Shown one piece after another: positions 9,660 to 19,031 of a stretch of DNA of 64,000 bases. The translations under genes were made by a program, and so were the position numbers. Under the pieces are notes generated by a model. That model worked only from the letters and a program-made list of their open reading frames with translations, had not been told where the DNA came from and made no database searches. Position 1 is the stretch's first letter. Each line of letters starts with the position of its first letter. Source of the DNA: Vampirovibrionales bacterium (GTDB lineage Bacteria > Cyanobacteriota > Vampirovibrionia > Vampirovibrionales > JAJTHC01); assembly GCA_046341215.1 (NCBI GenBank), contig JBKDRU010000050.1, forward strand, positions 12,918-76,917, given 5' to 3'.

Positions 9660-11819
9660 ATGACGCTATGCCAAAACGATGCCCTGACTGATGCCCAAGA
9701 TGCCCTGCTCCAAAACGCCGAACACGCCTTCGCTCAAGCGGATTTTTCGCAAGCGCAAGCCGTCTTGCTCAATGCCATGGAAACGCATCCCCACGTGTGG
9801 CAATTTCCGTACGCCCTTGCCAACGCCATTTTAAACCATGCCGATTCCCCTGAAAAGGCGGTCGTCTTGCTCGAACAAGCCAGCCATATCGCCGCCAATC
9901 AAATCCCCGTGTGGACGAAATTGGGGCAAGCCCACGCCGAAAATAAGGACGTCCCCAACGCCCTGAATGCCTTGCATAAAGCCGTAAGCCTCCCTACCAA
10001 AGCAGATGATACCCTGAACACGCACACCCTCGATGCCTACCTGCTTTTAGCCGATCTGCTGGAAACGCAACAATTCCTCGATGAAACGGCGTCCGCCCTT
10101 GAAGAAGCCGTCGCACTCACCCATGCCACCCACCCCCGAGCCGTTGAAGTGACGCTGAAAGCCTACCAGTTTTACGTCCGCCATGACGGAAGCGAAAACG
10201 CCTTGAATGTGATTGAAAACCGACTGGAAACGCATCCTGAAGAAGCCATGTTGTACTTTCTAAAAGGCGTCTGCTTAGAGCGTTTGGAGCGTCTGCATGA
10301 TGCCCTAGACGCCTACGAAAAAGCCACCGAATACGGCAAAAATGCTCCTGAACTGCACCGTCAAATGGCGATGTATTTCGCCCAAGCAGGCGATTCGCTC
10401 AAAGCGATGACGCATTTAGTCACGCTTTTAGAACAGCTTCCCAGCGACGCTGATGCCTTGGAAGCCTTGGCTCACTTGCTTGCTGAACAAGGCAAGCAAG
10501 ACGCCCGTGTTCAAGTGTTAGAAAGGCTTTTGGATGCTCACCCCCAGCATGCCCAAGCGTGGATTCAAGCAGGCGACGCTTATGATTTGCTCGGGCAATG
10601 CGATCAAGCGATTCACGCCTATAATAAAGCCCTCGAACTCACGGGGCATCGTGCCTTAGAACTGCGTAAAAGCTTGGTGGCGCCTGCGTTGCCTCCTGCC
10701 ACAGATGCCGAAAAAGATGCCCTCGTGCATCGCTTAGACGTCTCGCTCAAGGCGTTGTCGATGAGTCCGCCACGCATTGAAAATCCTGCGGTGGATGTCG
10801 GCATTACGCCTCAACATTTGAAAGATCAAGGCGTGTGGAATGAAGCCTTAGACGCCTTGTGGCATAGGGCGTTGAGCGGTATTCAGCGAGAAAAGAAGCC
10901 TAGCTTGAACGATCGTGAAGCACGCACGAAAACGCATCTCCTTTTGGTGACTCGTGCCTTGAATCACGCCGAAAATCTTACGCCTCCGTGGATGCCTGTG
11001 CTGAATGCCTTAGACCGCACCCGTTTTCAGCTCCATTGGTTGAATATCGGCACGAACATTGAAGCCCCCAAAGGCTCTCGTTTTCATGCGGAAGATACGC
11101 TTGAAGCCATCCCTGCGTATGACTGGCAAGGGCTGCAAAACAAGCTGTATCAACATGATGCGGATGTTCTGCTCTTCAGCGATGCTCAGCGAGACATCGT
11201 GAGTACGGCTCTAGCCCTTGGCGATTATGCCCCCACGCAAATCGATTTAGCCACGCTTGAAACGCCGTTGTCGGCTCCCTTACGACCTTTGGCGTCCATG
11301 AGTAAGCGGTTTAAGGAAGATTTTGGGGCGAATTATGGGTATCCCCTTTTGGCGGTGGAGTTTCACCCCGCCGATTGGACGCCTGCGGTGATTCATCACT
11401 TGCACGGCTTGCTTCAACACCATCCCCAGCTACAAATCGTCTTAAGCTTCAAGGGTGAAGATCGCTTGCTCGATGCCATGCAAGATCGCCTCAAAACGCT
11501 GTACCCTCAAGGCTTGCCTCGCTTGGCGTGGATGGCACTGCCTACGAATGAAGCCCTCAAGCTCTTTCAAGTGGCGGATGCCGTACTCAATGTGAATCGT
11601 CAAGCATCGCCGTTTACCCTACAAGCCGAAGCTTTTGGCACACCTGTATTTCAGGTTGATGAAGTGGAATCCCTTAATGCTTTGTTGTCCCTTTCGGATG
11701 CCGAGCGTCTTGCCTTGCGAGAAGAACGCTTGCTCCACACGCAGGAGCGTTTTTCTCCCACGCAGGCCGAACGCCAAGCCCAAACCTTTGCAAAGGATGT
11801 GTTGCCGTGTCTGTTTTAA
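9660..11819 (+). CDS. TPR-repeat protein with C-terminal glycosyltransferase-like (GT41/OGT-like) region
   Basis: N-terminal half is a run of TPR-like helices (repeated A..A..Y..A patterns); C-terminal part has 'AFGTPVFQ' and surrounding layout reminiscent of O-GlcNAc-transferase-type catalytic C-lobe; ATG at 9660 in frame with GTG ORF start 9585. Confidence 0.55.
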   Translation: MTLCQNDALTDAQDALLQNAEHAFAQADFSQAQAVLLNAMETHPHVWQFPYALANAILNHADSPEKAVVLLEQASHIAANQIPVWTKLGQAHAENKDVPNALNALHKAVSLPTKADDTLNTHTLDAYLLLADLLETQQFLDETASALEEAVALTHATHPRAVEVTLKAYQFYVRHDGSENALNVIENRLETHPEEAMLYFLKGVCLERLERLHDALDAYEKATEYGKNAPELHRQMAMYFAQAGDSLKAMTHLVTLLEQLPSDADALEALAHLLAEQGKQDARVQVLERLLDAHPQHAQAWIQAGDAYDLLGQCDQAIHAYNKALELTGHRALELRKSLVAPALPPATDAEKDALVHRLDVSLKALSMSPPRIENPAVDVGITPQHLKDQGVWNEALDALWHRALSGIQREKKPSLNDREARTKTHLLLVTRALNHAENLTPPWMPVLNALDRTRFQLHWLNIGTNIEAPKGSRFHAEDTLEAIPAYDWQGLQNKLYQHDADVLLFSDAQRDIVSTALALGDYAPTQIDLATLETPLSAPLRPLASMSKRFKEDFGANYGYPLLAVEFHPADWTPAVIHHLHGLLQHHPQLQIVLSFKGEDRLLDAMQDRLKTLYPQGLPRLAWMALPTNEALKLFQVADAVLNVNRQASPFTLQAEAFGTPVFQVDEVESLNALLSLSDAERLALREERLLHTQERFSPTQAERQAQTFAKDVLPCLF

Positions 11820-12724
11820 TGCAAGAAACGGTTCATCCTCTTCAAGCGACGGTGAGCCTCCCTCATAGAGATGCCCCCTATCATTTCACAGGACTAAGAA
11901 GCACACGCTTACCTGAAGGTGATTTTGGTAAAACAATGATTTATGTAGCAGGGCTAGGCGGAAGCTTTGAATGGGCATCGCCGTTTTGGCGAGATTTGAT
12001 TGAAGAGGGAACGATTGACACCGTCATTGGCGTGGATCTGCCGTCCTTTGGGGTGAATCATCACATCAAAGTAGCTAATTTATCTGCTTGTATTGAAGAT
12101 CTTAAGATTTTGTGCCAGCTAGAAACCCTAAAAACAGCCTTGAACATCCAAAAAATAGACCATTGCTTCATTTGTGCCATTAGTTTGGGGGCAATCACCA
12201 GCCTGTATGTGCTTCCTCATGTGCAAGACGACTATGCTGGGATTATCCTTTTGGTGCCTGCGTTTCAGGGGTGTCAAAAAACCTATACGCCTACTTATGT
12301 GGCTTCGGCTTTGTGGCAAAGCTTCAAGCAAAGCCTCCGCCAAAACCCCGATGCCCCCCTCACCCTGCCTTACACCATGGATGCCATTACGCAATGTCCT
12401 GAAGCTCGCCAGCATTATAAGGCACATCATTCAAGCGATGTGATTCAGCATCCGCTAGGGTTTATGACGTCTATTTTGCCGTGGCAGTTGAAGGCGCCCA
12501 AGCAAATCAAACAGCTTAAAAAGCCTGTTTTAATGATCACAGCTGGGCAAGACTTGATCTGTGAGACGTCGACCATGCACAAGACGTTCAATCAATTAAC
12601 CCCTCACCCTCATAATCAACTGGCTCATTTCCCGATGCTTTATCACGATGTGTTATTAGAACCCGATCGTGATCTATTAAAAGAACCCTTAAACCTATGG
12701 TTAAAACGTGTTCATAGCCAATAA
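11807..12724 (+). CDS. alpha/beta-hydrolase fold protein (lysophospholipase-like)
   Basis: GxSxG nucleophile elbow 'AISLGA', ~300 aa; 13-bp overlap with upstream TPR gene suggests co-transcription. Confidence 0.6.
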   Translation: MSVLMQETVHPLQATVSLPHRDAPYHFTGLRSTRLPEGDFGKTMIYVAGLGGSFEWASPFWRDLIEEGTIDTVIGVDLPSFGVNHHIKVANLSACIEDLKILCQLETLKTALNIQKIDHCFICAISLGAITSLYVLPHVQDDYAGIILLVPAFQGCQKTYTPTYVASALWQSFKQSLRQNPDAPLTLPYTMDAITQCPEARQHYKAHHSSDVIQHPLGFMTSILPWQLKAPKQIKQLKKPVLMITAGQDLICETSTMHKTFNQLTPHPHNQLAHFPMLYHDVLLEPDRDLLKEPLNLWLKRVHSQ

Positions 12725-12860
12725 ACGATTAAGTGTTATGGGTCGTGTTATCGTTAAATCTAGCTAGGTCTAAATTCTACACAAGCCTTTTAAGACTTTT
12801 CTTTTCTGAAATTTGCGTTATACTTTTAACGTATTTATAATGAGTAAAGGAGCCCCTTAA

Positions 12861-13667
12861 ATGGCAAATGCAACACGTGGATTATTCATCGCAGGTAATT
12901 GGAAAATGTTCAAAACCAATACTGAAGCGCGTCAATTTGTGCTAGAACTCTCTCGGAACAACCCAACACATCCGCAGGTAGACGCTTGGGTGGCGCCTAG
13001 TTTCACCTTGCTAGCGAATACCGTTTCCAATATCCAACAAGCCGGTATTCACTTGAATGTGGCTGCTCAAAATGTGGAATCTGCTTTAGAAGGTGCGTTT
13101 ACGGGTGAAGTTTCCGCCAAACAGCTCAAGGATATCAACGTCGCTGGTGTGATTATTGGGCATAGTGAACGTCGTTCCTATTACAATGAAACAAACGCAA
13201 GCGTCAATGCAAAAACCAAAACAGCGTTGGCTCAAGGGTTATTACCCATCGTTTGTGTGGGTGAAACCTTAGCTGAGCGTGAAGCGGGGCAAACCGATGC
13301 CGTTGTGACCACTCAAACCCTTGAAGGCTTAGTGGATTTAACCGCTGAACAGGTGGCAAGCTTAGTCATTGCGTACGAGCCTGTTTGGGCGATAGGTACT
13401 GGGAAAGTCTGTGAAACACCAGAAGCCAACCGTGTATGTGGCGTCATTCGTCAAGTGCTTGCGGAAGAGTTTGGTGAATCCACAGCTCAAGCGGTTCGTA
13501 TTTTGTACGGTGGCAGCATGAAGCCTGACAACGCCGAAGGGTTACTCGCTAGTTCTGATATTGATGGCGGCTTAATCGGTGGGGCGAGCTTGCAGGCCGA
13601 TTCTTTTGCTCAATTGCTTGCGATTGCCAAAACAACCGTTGAAAATCTTGTAACCGCTCGTGTTTAG
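12861..13667 (+). CDS. tpiA: triose-phosphate isomerase
   Basis: 'GNWKM', 'AYEPVWAIGTG', 'YGGS' motifs; strong AAAGGAG RBS at 12846. Confidence 0.9.
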   Translation: MANATRGLFIAGNWKMFKTNTEARQFVLELSRNNPTHPQVDAWVAPSFTLLANTVSNIQQAGIHLNVAAQNVESALEGAFTGEVSAKQLKDINVAGVIIGHSERRSYYNETNASVNAKTKTALAQGLLPIVCVGETLAEREAGQTDAVVTTQTLEGLVDLTAEQVASLVIAYEPVWAIGTGKVCETPEANRVCGVIRQVLAEEFGESTAQAVRILYGGSMKPDNAEGLLASSDIDGGLIGGASLQADSFAQLLAIAKTTVENLVTARV

Positions 13668-13686
13668 TCTTTAAACGTATTTTTTC

Positions 13687-13734
13687 AAAACAAGCATCCT
13701 CTTCCTATTTTTTAGGAGGGGGATGCTTGTTTTA
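13687..13734 (+). terminator. rho-independent terminator-like hairpin after tpiA (contains CCTCTTCCTATTTTTTAGGAGGGGG palindrome)
   Basis: 9-bp GC-containing stem CAAGCATCC/GGATGCTTG followed by TTTT. Confidence 0.5.
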
Positions 13735-14039
13735 CATGGGGAAACGTGCCTTTTGTTACAAAATGTTAACATAGGCAATTCTTAAGGGAATATTACCTTT
13801 ATTACAGTACGAAACACAAACTTCCTTCCCCAACACACCTTCACTTGCACCCCATCCAGAGAACCTTCATGCACACCAACCTTTTTATGTCTCCCTTTGG
13901 CGTGCGTTTTTTAAGATAAGTTCTATTTGTTCAGATTTTTAACTTAAAAACGAAATCACTGGAACATCCTTTTCCCTGACTCCCCTTTCATCCTTACCCT
14001 TACTGTTCACCCCTGATAGAAAATAGAGAAATACCAAAC

Positions 14040-15251
14040 ATGACATCATCACCCACTAATCCACAAAACCCTGTTAGTCCTGAAACCATTCAACGTTATG
14101 TTGGTGCTGAAGGCATTGTTGGACCTGCCCACGCTGCTAAACTAGCGGTTGAAGCTTACAATAACAAAGAATTACCATTATCACAATTTTTTGCTAAAAT
14201 CGCCACTGACTTTTCCTTTGCCAAAGCCCTTTCTGCGGTTGATGGAGACAATACCACCATTAGCTGGAAAGACCTCGCTCAACTTGCTGCAGGCAAGGAC
14301 TATATTGCAAAAGCGGATGTCGGTAGCGTACCTGAACTTAATGAAAACACCTTAGCTGACTTAGTCGCCTTAAGCAAGCTACGCCCTGTGGGATCCAATC
14401 AAAGCGTCTGGAATCCGTATGGTCAACAAGGTGGTTATCCTCAACAAGGTGGTTACCCTCAACAAGGTGCTTACCCTCAACAAGGTGGTTACCCTCAGCC
14501 TCCTTATGGCCAGCCTCAACCACCCTATTACCCTCAGCCTCAACAAGGCTATGCTCAACAGCCTCCTTATGGTCAACCTCAACCACCCTATTATCCTCAG
14601 CCTCAACAAGGCTATGCTCAACAGCCTCCGTATGGCCAGCCTCAACAAGGCTATGGGCAAGATCCTTACGCTCAACAAGGTGCTTACCCTCAACAGCCTC
14701 CTTATGGTCAGCCTCAACAAGGCTATGGGCAAGATCCTTACGCCAATGCAGGCTTTGGTTTAAATTCGCCATACCCACAGCCATACCCTGTACCGAACCC
14801 ACCACCGCCCCCTTATTATGGTGGAAGTATGCCTATGCCGTACCCTGTACAGCCCACGCCTCAACCGCCTGTTTACAATACCTATAATTACATCACCAAT
14901 AATTACAATACCTACAACACCACCAATAATAATCAGGTGTACAACACTTATAATAACCAAGCCTATAATAACCAACGTTATAATATGCCGATGAACTACA
15001 CCCAGTTCAACAATTCAGGCAATACCATGACGAACATGCCGATGAATTATAACCAATTCAACACGCAAAATATGCCGTTCTTCAATCAACAACAAACGAA
15101 TATGAACCAATATCAGTTTAACCGCCCAGCGAATCAGCCAATGGCATACGGCGGGGGCTTTCCTCAAGCGCCTCAATACGGTGGCGGAATGCCGAACATG
15201 ATGCAGAGTCGTCCACCAATGTATGGAAGCAACCGTATGTTCCCGATGTAA
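14040..15251 (+). CDS. Pro/Gln/Tyr/Gly-rich then Asn/Tyr/Met-rich low-complexity protein, hypothetical
   Basis: Ordered N-terminal ~130 aa followed by (QQGGYPQQG / PPYGQPQ) repeats encoded by near-identical 63-bp tandem DNA repeats (14497-14622), then N/Y/T/M-rich tail. Confidence 0.55.
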   Translation: MTSSPTNPQNPVSPETIQRYVGAEGIVGPAHAAKLAVEAYNNKELPLSQFFAKIATDFSFAKALSAVDGDNTTISWKDLAQLAAGKDYIAKADVGSVPELNENTLADLVALSKLRPVGSNQSVWNPYGQQGGYPQQGGYPQQGAYPQQGGYPQPPYGQPQPPYYPQPQQGYAQQPPYGQPQPPYYPQPQQGYAQQPPYGQPQQGYGQDPYAQQGAYPQQPPYGQPQQGYGQDPYANAGFGLNSPYPQPYPVPNPPPPPYYGGSMPMPYPVQPTPQPPVYNTYNYITNNYNTYNTTNNNQVYNTYNNQAYNNQRYNMPMNYTQFNNSGNTMTNMPMNYNQFNTQNMPFFNQQQTNMNQYQFNRPANQPMAYGGGFPQAPQYGGGMPNMMQSRPPMYGSNRMFPM

Positions 15252-15275
15252 ATTGGTTTAATCTCAATTCTATCC

Positions 15276-15308
15276 AAAAACGCAGAGGCTCATCCCACTG
15301 CGTTTTTG
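15276..15308. terminator. bidirectional terminator-like hairpin between convergent genes
   Basis: AAAAACGCAG...CTGCGTTTTT stem-loop flanked by A and T runs. Confidence 0.45.
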
Positions 15309-15357
15309 TTGTATTCGATCAATAAACGATAATTGGCAAGTCTATTTTCACACAACG

Positions 15358-15963
15358 CTAAAAGCTATTTTCAAAGACCAATTCGTTATAATCCAGGGGG
15401 CCTGAACGCTCACGAGCAGGCTGAGTGCCTTTACCCACCACAATCATCATGCCGAGCAAATAGTCTTTCGGTAACTTAATGATTTTTTCAACCGTTTCAG
15501 GCTGAAAGCCAATCATCGGGCAAGTGTCATAACCCATCGCTTTGGCGGCGAGCATCAAGGTTTGTGCTGCCATGCCAATCGAACGTAAGGCTTCGTCATG
15601 CTGGAGGTCTTCTTTGCCGTCGTAAAACTGAAGCGTCATGCCAGACAAGGCTTCGGCGACTTCGGTCGGAGCTTGGTACCAATAGCGTTTAGGATTGTCC
15701 ACAGGGGCTTTGAGATCGGCACAGAGCAACACAACCATCGACGCATCCAAGACTTGAGCTTGATTCCAGCTGGCTTCTTTCAGTGCCTGTTGAATCTGCT
15801 TGTCTCGAATGACCACAAATCGGTAGTTTTGAATGTTGAAAGACGTGGGCGTTTTAAGCACGGCTTCCATGAGTGTTTTCACGTCTTCATCAGGCATTTG
15901 GTGGGTGGGGTCATAATACTTAATGGAACGACGTTGTTCAATGGCTTGGAAAGTGTCCATCAT
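15358..15963 (-). CDS. NAD(P)H nitroreductase family protein
   Basis: 'AIEQRRSIKYYD' N-terminal nitroreductase signature and ~200 aa size. Confidence 0.75.
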   Translation of the reverse strand: MMDTFQAIEQRRSIKYYDPTHQMPDEDVKTLMEAVLKTPTSFNIQNYRFVVIRDKQIQQALKEASWNQAQVLDASMVVLLCADLKAPVDNPKRYWYQAPTEVAEALSGMTLQFYDGKEDLQHDEALRSIGMAAQTLMLAAKAMGYDTCPMIGFQPETVEKIIKLPKDYLLGMMIVVGKGTQPARERSGPLDYNELVFENSF

Positions 15964-16137
15964 GGTAGGTGTATTCCTTTTTCGAAAATTAGTGGTATAG
16001 ATCAGTCGTTGACTATTATATCAAGAATCCCCTAAAAAGTATATTGTGCTTCCTCACAATAATGCGTAACCCTTTTATGTTTGAAGAATGGGGTTTGTCT
16101 ACTCCTTTTTGAGCTGGTGCTTGGAGACCTTTGTGCC

Positions 16138-16430
16138 GCCAAAGGTTCTCCAAACCTCTAAAAGCGGTTCAAGGGGGGACGGGGGAGGACGTATTGCGTT
16201 TCTCCTCCCCTTCGTCCCCCCTTGAAAATCCCCCCTTCAAGTCGAAAAAGTTAAAACTTTTTCTCTTGGGAAAGAAAACCGTTGGTTTCCTCTCCCAACC
16301 TCTACTTCCTAAAGGGGAAGATTCACTTCGTGAATAAGAAGGTTTTTGTCCCCACCTCGTCGCATCATTCTCATTGCACGACGTCCGCAAAATGTCTCGG
16401 AAGCCTCGCATTTAGTGCGTTGACGTCTGC
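16138..16430. repeat. family-3 dispersed repeat copy 1, interrupted by a family-2 insertion
   Basis: 16138-16232 and 16347-16430 align with 59051-59142 and 59180-59255 respectively; intervening 16257-16346 is the family-2 element. Confidence 0.6.
16257..16346. repeat. family-2 ~90-bp structured repeat, second copy
   Basis: Inverted near-identical copy of 5154-5243. Confidence 0.65.
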
Positions 16431-16517
16431 TTTGAAAGACTTCAGTAATATTCTTATGAAGCCTAAAGTAGATTGTTTCCATATAAAAACCCCCTTACGT
16501 TGAAGAAAGGGGGTTAG

Positions 16518-16594
16518 TGGTGCCACCTGCCGGAATCGAACCAGCGACACGGGGATTTTCAGTCCCCTGCTCTACCGACTGAGCTAAGGTGGCA
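16518..16594 (-). tRNA. tRNA-Phe (anticodon GAA)
   Basis: Reverse complement GCCACCTTAGCTCAGTCGGTAGAGCAGGGGACTGAAAATCCCCGTGTCGCTGGTTCGATTCCGGCAGGTGGCACCA folds as cloverleaf; anticodon loop CUGAAAA, encoded CCA. Confidence 0.85.
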
Positions 16595-16738
16595 TTTCTT
16601 ATTCTTTTATTAACTCTCAAAAAAACGGGCTTGTCAACGCAATTTTTCAGGGTTGGATGTTTTTATTCTATCAAGATCGGCGATGGGGAAAGCCGAAGCG
16701 ACTAATAATGAACTGAAAGAAAAGGGGAAATTAAACAG

Positions 16739-16966
16739 ATGTCTCATTCAAGCGAATCCATTCAATTTGAATCACCGTTCACCACAGATGACTTGGTGGT
16801 ATTGAAGCAACGTATTGCCATTGAAATGGTGAAACGTAGCTATGAAAGCCCTTCACGTAAGTACAAGGTCGTGTTGAATACCTTAAGAGTGTTTGCCGTT
16901 GCGGTATTCATGTCTTGCATGGGAGCCGTTTTCATGTTGCCTGTGGTTTTATTACGCTTGCCGTAA
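16739..16966 (+). CDS. small hypothetical protein with C-terminal hydrophobic segment
   Basis: 75 aa ORF in repeat-rich tRNA-adjacent region; weak. Confidence 0.25.
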   Translation: MSHSSESIQFESPFTTDDLVVLKQRIAIEMVKRSYESPSRKYKVVLNTLRVFAVAVFMSCMGAVFMLPVVLLRLP

Positions 16967-17217
16967 ATCGTGGGTTTTAAGCACTCGTATTGAGGCTTGA
17001 AATCTGTCATAATATAGTGTTCGATAGATGAAACAGGCTATGAGGCTATTCTAGGAGCCTAATGTTTTTTTGTGAGGGCGTGTAGAGCGACCTACATAAC
17101 CAAGCAAAAAAATCGTAGCTACAACGAAGAGACCATAGACCGTTTTATATAGCGGATACTATAAAAAAGAGTAGGGGCTTTCCAATGGAAGCCTCTCGTG
17201 GTTTTTTTGAAGAGATT

Positions 17218-17340
17218 CGTGACTTTCGTGGCCAGAAATCAGACTTTTGTGGCCAGAAATCGGACTTTCGTGGCCAGAAATCGGACTTTCGTGGCCAGAA
17301 AAACGACTTTTGTGGGTCAAAAAGTCGACTTTCCGACACA
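17218..17340. repeat. 21-bp tandem repeat array (~5.5 copies, consensus GACTTTCGTGGCCAGAAATCG) upstream of gatA
   Basis: Directly visible head-to-tail copies with 1-3 mismatches; generates spurious ORFs in all frames on both strands. Confidence 0.8.
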
Positions 17341-17427
17341 CAAAATGAAGCATATTCAAGACAATTTTACACTTTTGTGATACCTTTAAAAGGTACAATC
17401 GTTGATGATTGCTTGAAAGGAAAACCC

Positions 17428-18948
17428 ATGTCCACCGCTCTTCCTACTGCTTTAGAGTTGGCTTCTGCCATTGCCACAGGCACGCATACCGCTTCCGCTG
17501 TCTTAGACGAGCATTTTGCTCGTATTGAAGCCCATGACGGCGAAATTCAAGCCTTTTTAAGCCTGAATAAAGATCAAGCCTACGCCACCGCCCAAGGCGT
17601 CGATGACGCCGTAAAAGCTGGAAACGCAAGCACATTGCCTCTTTTGGCGGGTGTGCCGATCGCTATTAAAGACAATCTCAACGTCACAGGCACCAAAACC
17701 ACCTGTGCCAGCAAAATGCTCGAATCCTACGTTTCGCCCTATGATGCCACGGTCATCACGAAAATTAAAGCCCACCAAATGCCGATTGTGGGCAAAACTA
17801 ACCTCGACGAATTCGCCATGGGATCCTCCTGCGAAAAGAGTGCCTATCACCCCACCTATAACCCGTGGAACACCGCCTGCGTTCCTGGAGGAAGCTCAGG
17901 CGGTTCTGCTGCCTGTGTTTCAGCAGGTATGGTGACCTTGAGCTTGGGTAGCGATACGGGCGGTTCTGTGCGTCAACCCGCGTCGCTTTGTGGGATCGTG
18001 GGCTTGAAACCCACTTATGGCTTGGTTTCTCGCTATGGATTGGTGGCGTTTGCGTCTAGCTTGGATCAAGTGTCCCCCTTTGCTCGCACGGTGGAAGATA
18101 CCGCGGCGATTTTACAAGTCATTGCAGGCAAAGACGCTCACGATATGACCTCATCTGCTCCTAGCGTGTTGCCTGATTATGTGGCATCCGCCCAAGCAGG
18201 GTCGCTTGCCTCGCAACTGGCTGGTAAACGCCTGCGAGTCGGGATTGTCGAAGGTTTTGAAGGCGAAGGCATTCAAGCAGGCACGCAAAAAGCTGTATCG
18301 GATGCTATCGCTCGCTTTGAAGGCTTGGGCGCCGATGTCAAACGCATCAGCCTAACAGGCTTTAAAGAAGCCATTGCGGCGTATTACATTATCGCAACCG
18401 CCGAAGCGTCTTCGAACTTGGCTCGTTTTGATGGGGTGCGTTACGGCTTAAGCGAGCGTGACGGTGTGGAAAACGTCTATGATATGTTTGCCAAAACCCG
18501 TGCCAAAGGCTTTGGTGCCGAAGTCAAACGGCGTATTTTATTGGGATCTTTTGCCCTTTCCGCTGGTTATTATGATGCGTATTACGGCAAGGCTCAATTG
18601 GCTCGTAAGGTGCTGGCTCAATCGTTTAATCAAGCGTGGCAGGATGTGGACGTCTTGATTTGCCCCACTTCGCCGAGCGTTGCCTTTAAATTGGGCGAAA
18701 AAAATGACGACCCCATTTCGATGTATCTCAGCGATGTCGCCACGATTCCAGCGAACTTGGTCGGTATTCCTGCCTTGTCCTTGCCGTGTGGATTCGATGA
18801 AGCGACTGGTTTGCCCATTGGCTTACAGCTGATGGTGCCTGCGTGGGAAGAAGAAAAGCTTTTGGCGATTGCCTTTGCCTTTCAAGAAGCCGTTGGTTTG
18901 AAGAATCTTGTGCCTCCTGCCTTTCAGGCGTTGAAGGTCTCGGTTTAA
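17428..18948 (+). CDS. gatA: Glu-tRNA(Gln)/Asp-tRNA(Asn) amidotransferase subunit A
   Basis: Amidase signature 'GGSSGGSAA', 'GSDTGGS(V)RQPA', full-length GatA-like; ATG 17428 (MSTALPTALELASAI) is the plausible start, the 17185 ORF start lies in the tandem repeat. Confidence 0.9.
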   Translation: MSTALPTALELASAIATGTHTASAVLDEHFARIEAHDGEIQAFLSLNKDQAYATAQGVDDAVKAGNASTLPLLAGVPIAIKDNLNVTGTKTTCASKMLESYVSPYDATVITKIKAHQMPIVGKTNLDEFAMGSSCEKSAYHPTYNPWNTACVPGGSSGGSAACVSAGMVTLSLGSDTGGSVRQPASLCGIVGLKPTYGLVSRYGLVAFASSLDQVSPFARTVEDTAAILQVIAGKDAHDMTSSAPSVLPDYVASAQAGSLASQLAGKRLRVGIVEGFEGEGIQAGTQKAVSDAIARFEGLGADVKRISLTGFKEAIAAYYIIATAEASSNLARFDGVRYGLSERDGVENVYDMFAKTRAKGFGAEVKRRILLGSFALSAGYYDAYYGKAQLARKVLAQSFNQAWQDVDVLICPTSPSVAFKLGEKNDDPISMYLSDVATIPANLVGIPALSLPCGFDEATGLPIGLQLMVPAWEEEKLLAIAFAFQEAVGLKNLVPPAFQALKVSV

Positions 18949-19031
18949 GCCAGTGCTTTAATCCCCCTTCTGGACAAGTTTTATAGTATAATAAGCTCAC
19001 ATAATCTAAACCTGAAGAAAGAAGCTGATTT

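Noticed and set aside
14338-14975. Antisense and alternate-frame ORFs (14338..14805, 14379..14732, 14419..14763, 14760..14975) overlapping the PQ-rich gene
   Set aside because: Produced by the in-frame tandem repeats of the sense gene; translations are low-complexity mirrors with no start context.
17218-17340. Possible CRISPR array
   Set aside because: Repeats are directly contiguous with no spacers, only 21 bp, no cas genes nearby; it is a plain tandem repeat.
16100-17400. Prophage or integrative element at tRNA-Phe
   Set aside because: No integrase, recombinase, phage structural genes or direct repeat of the tRNA 3' end visible; only small repeats, so at most a remnant.
17145-17427. ORFs 17145..17339(-), 17159..17398(-), 17198..17380(+) and the 17185 upstream extension of gatA
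   Set aside because: All lie within the 21-bp tandem array, whose period is a multiple of 3 so every frame stays open. Peptide repeats (KSDFWPR etc.) mirror the DNA repeat; gatA homology begins at ATG 17428.
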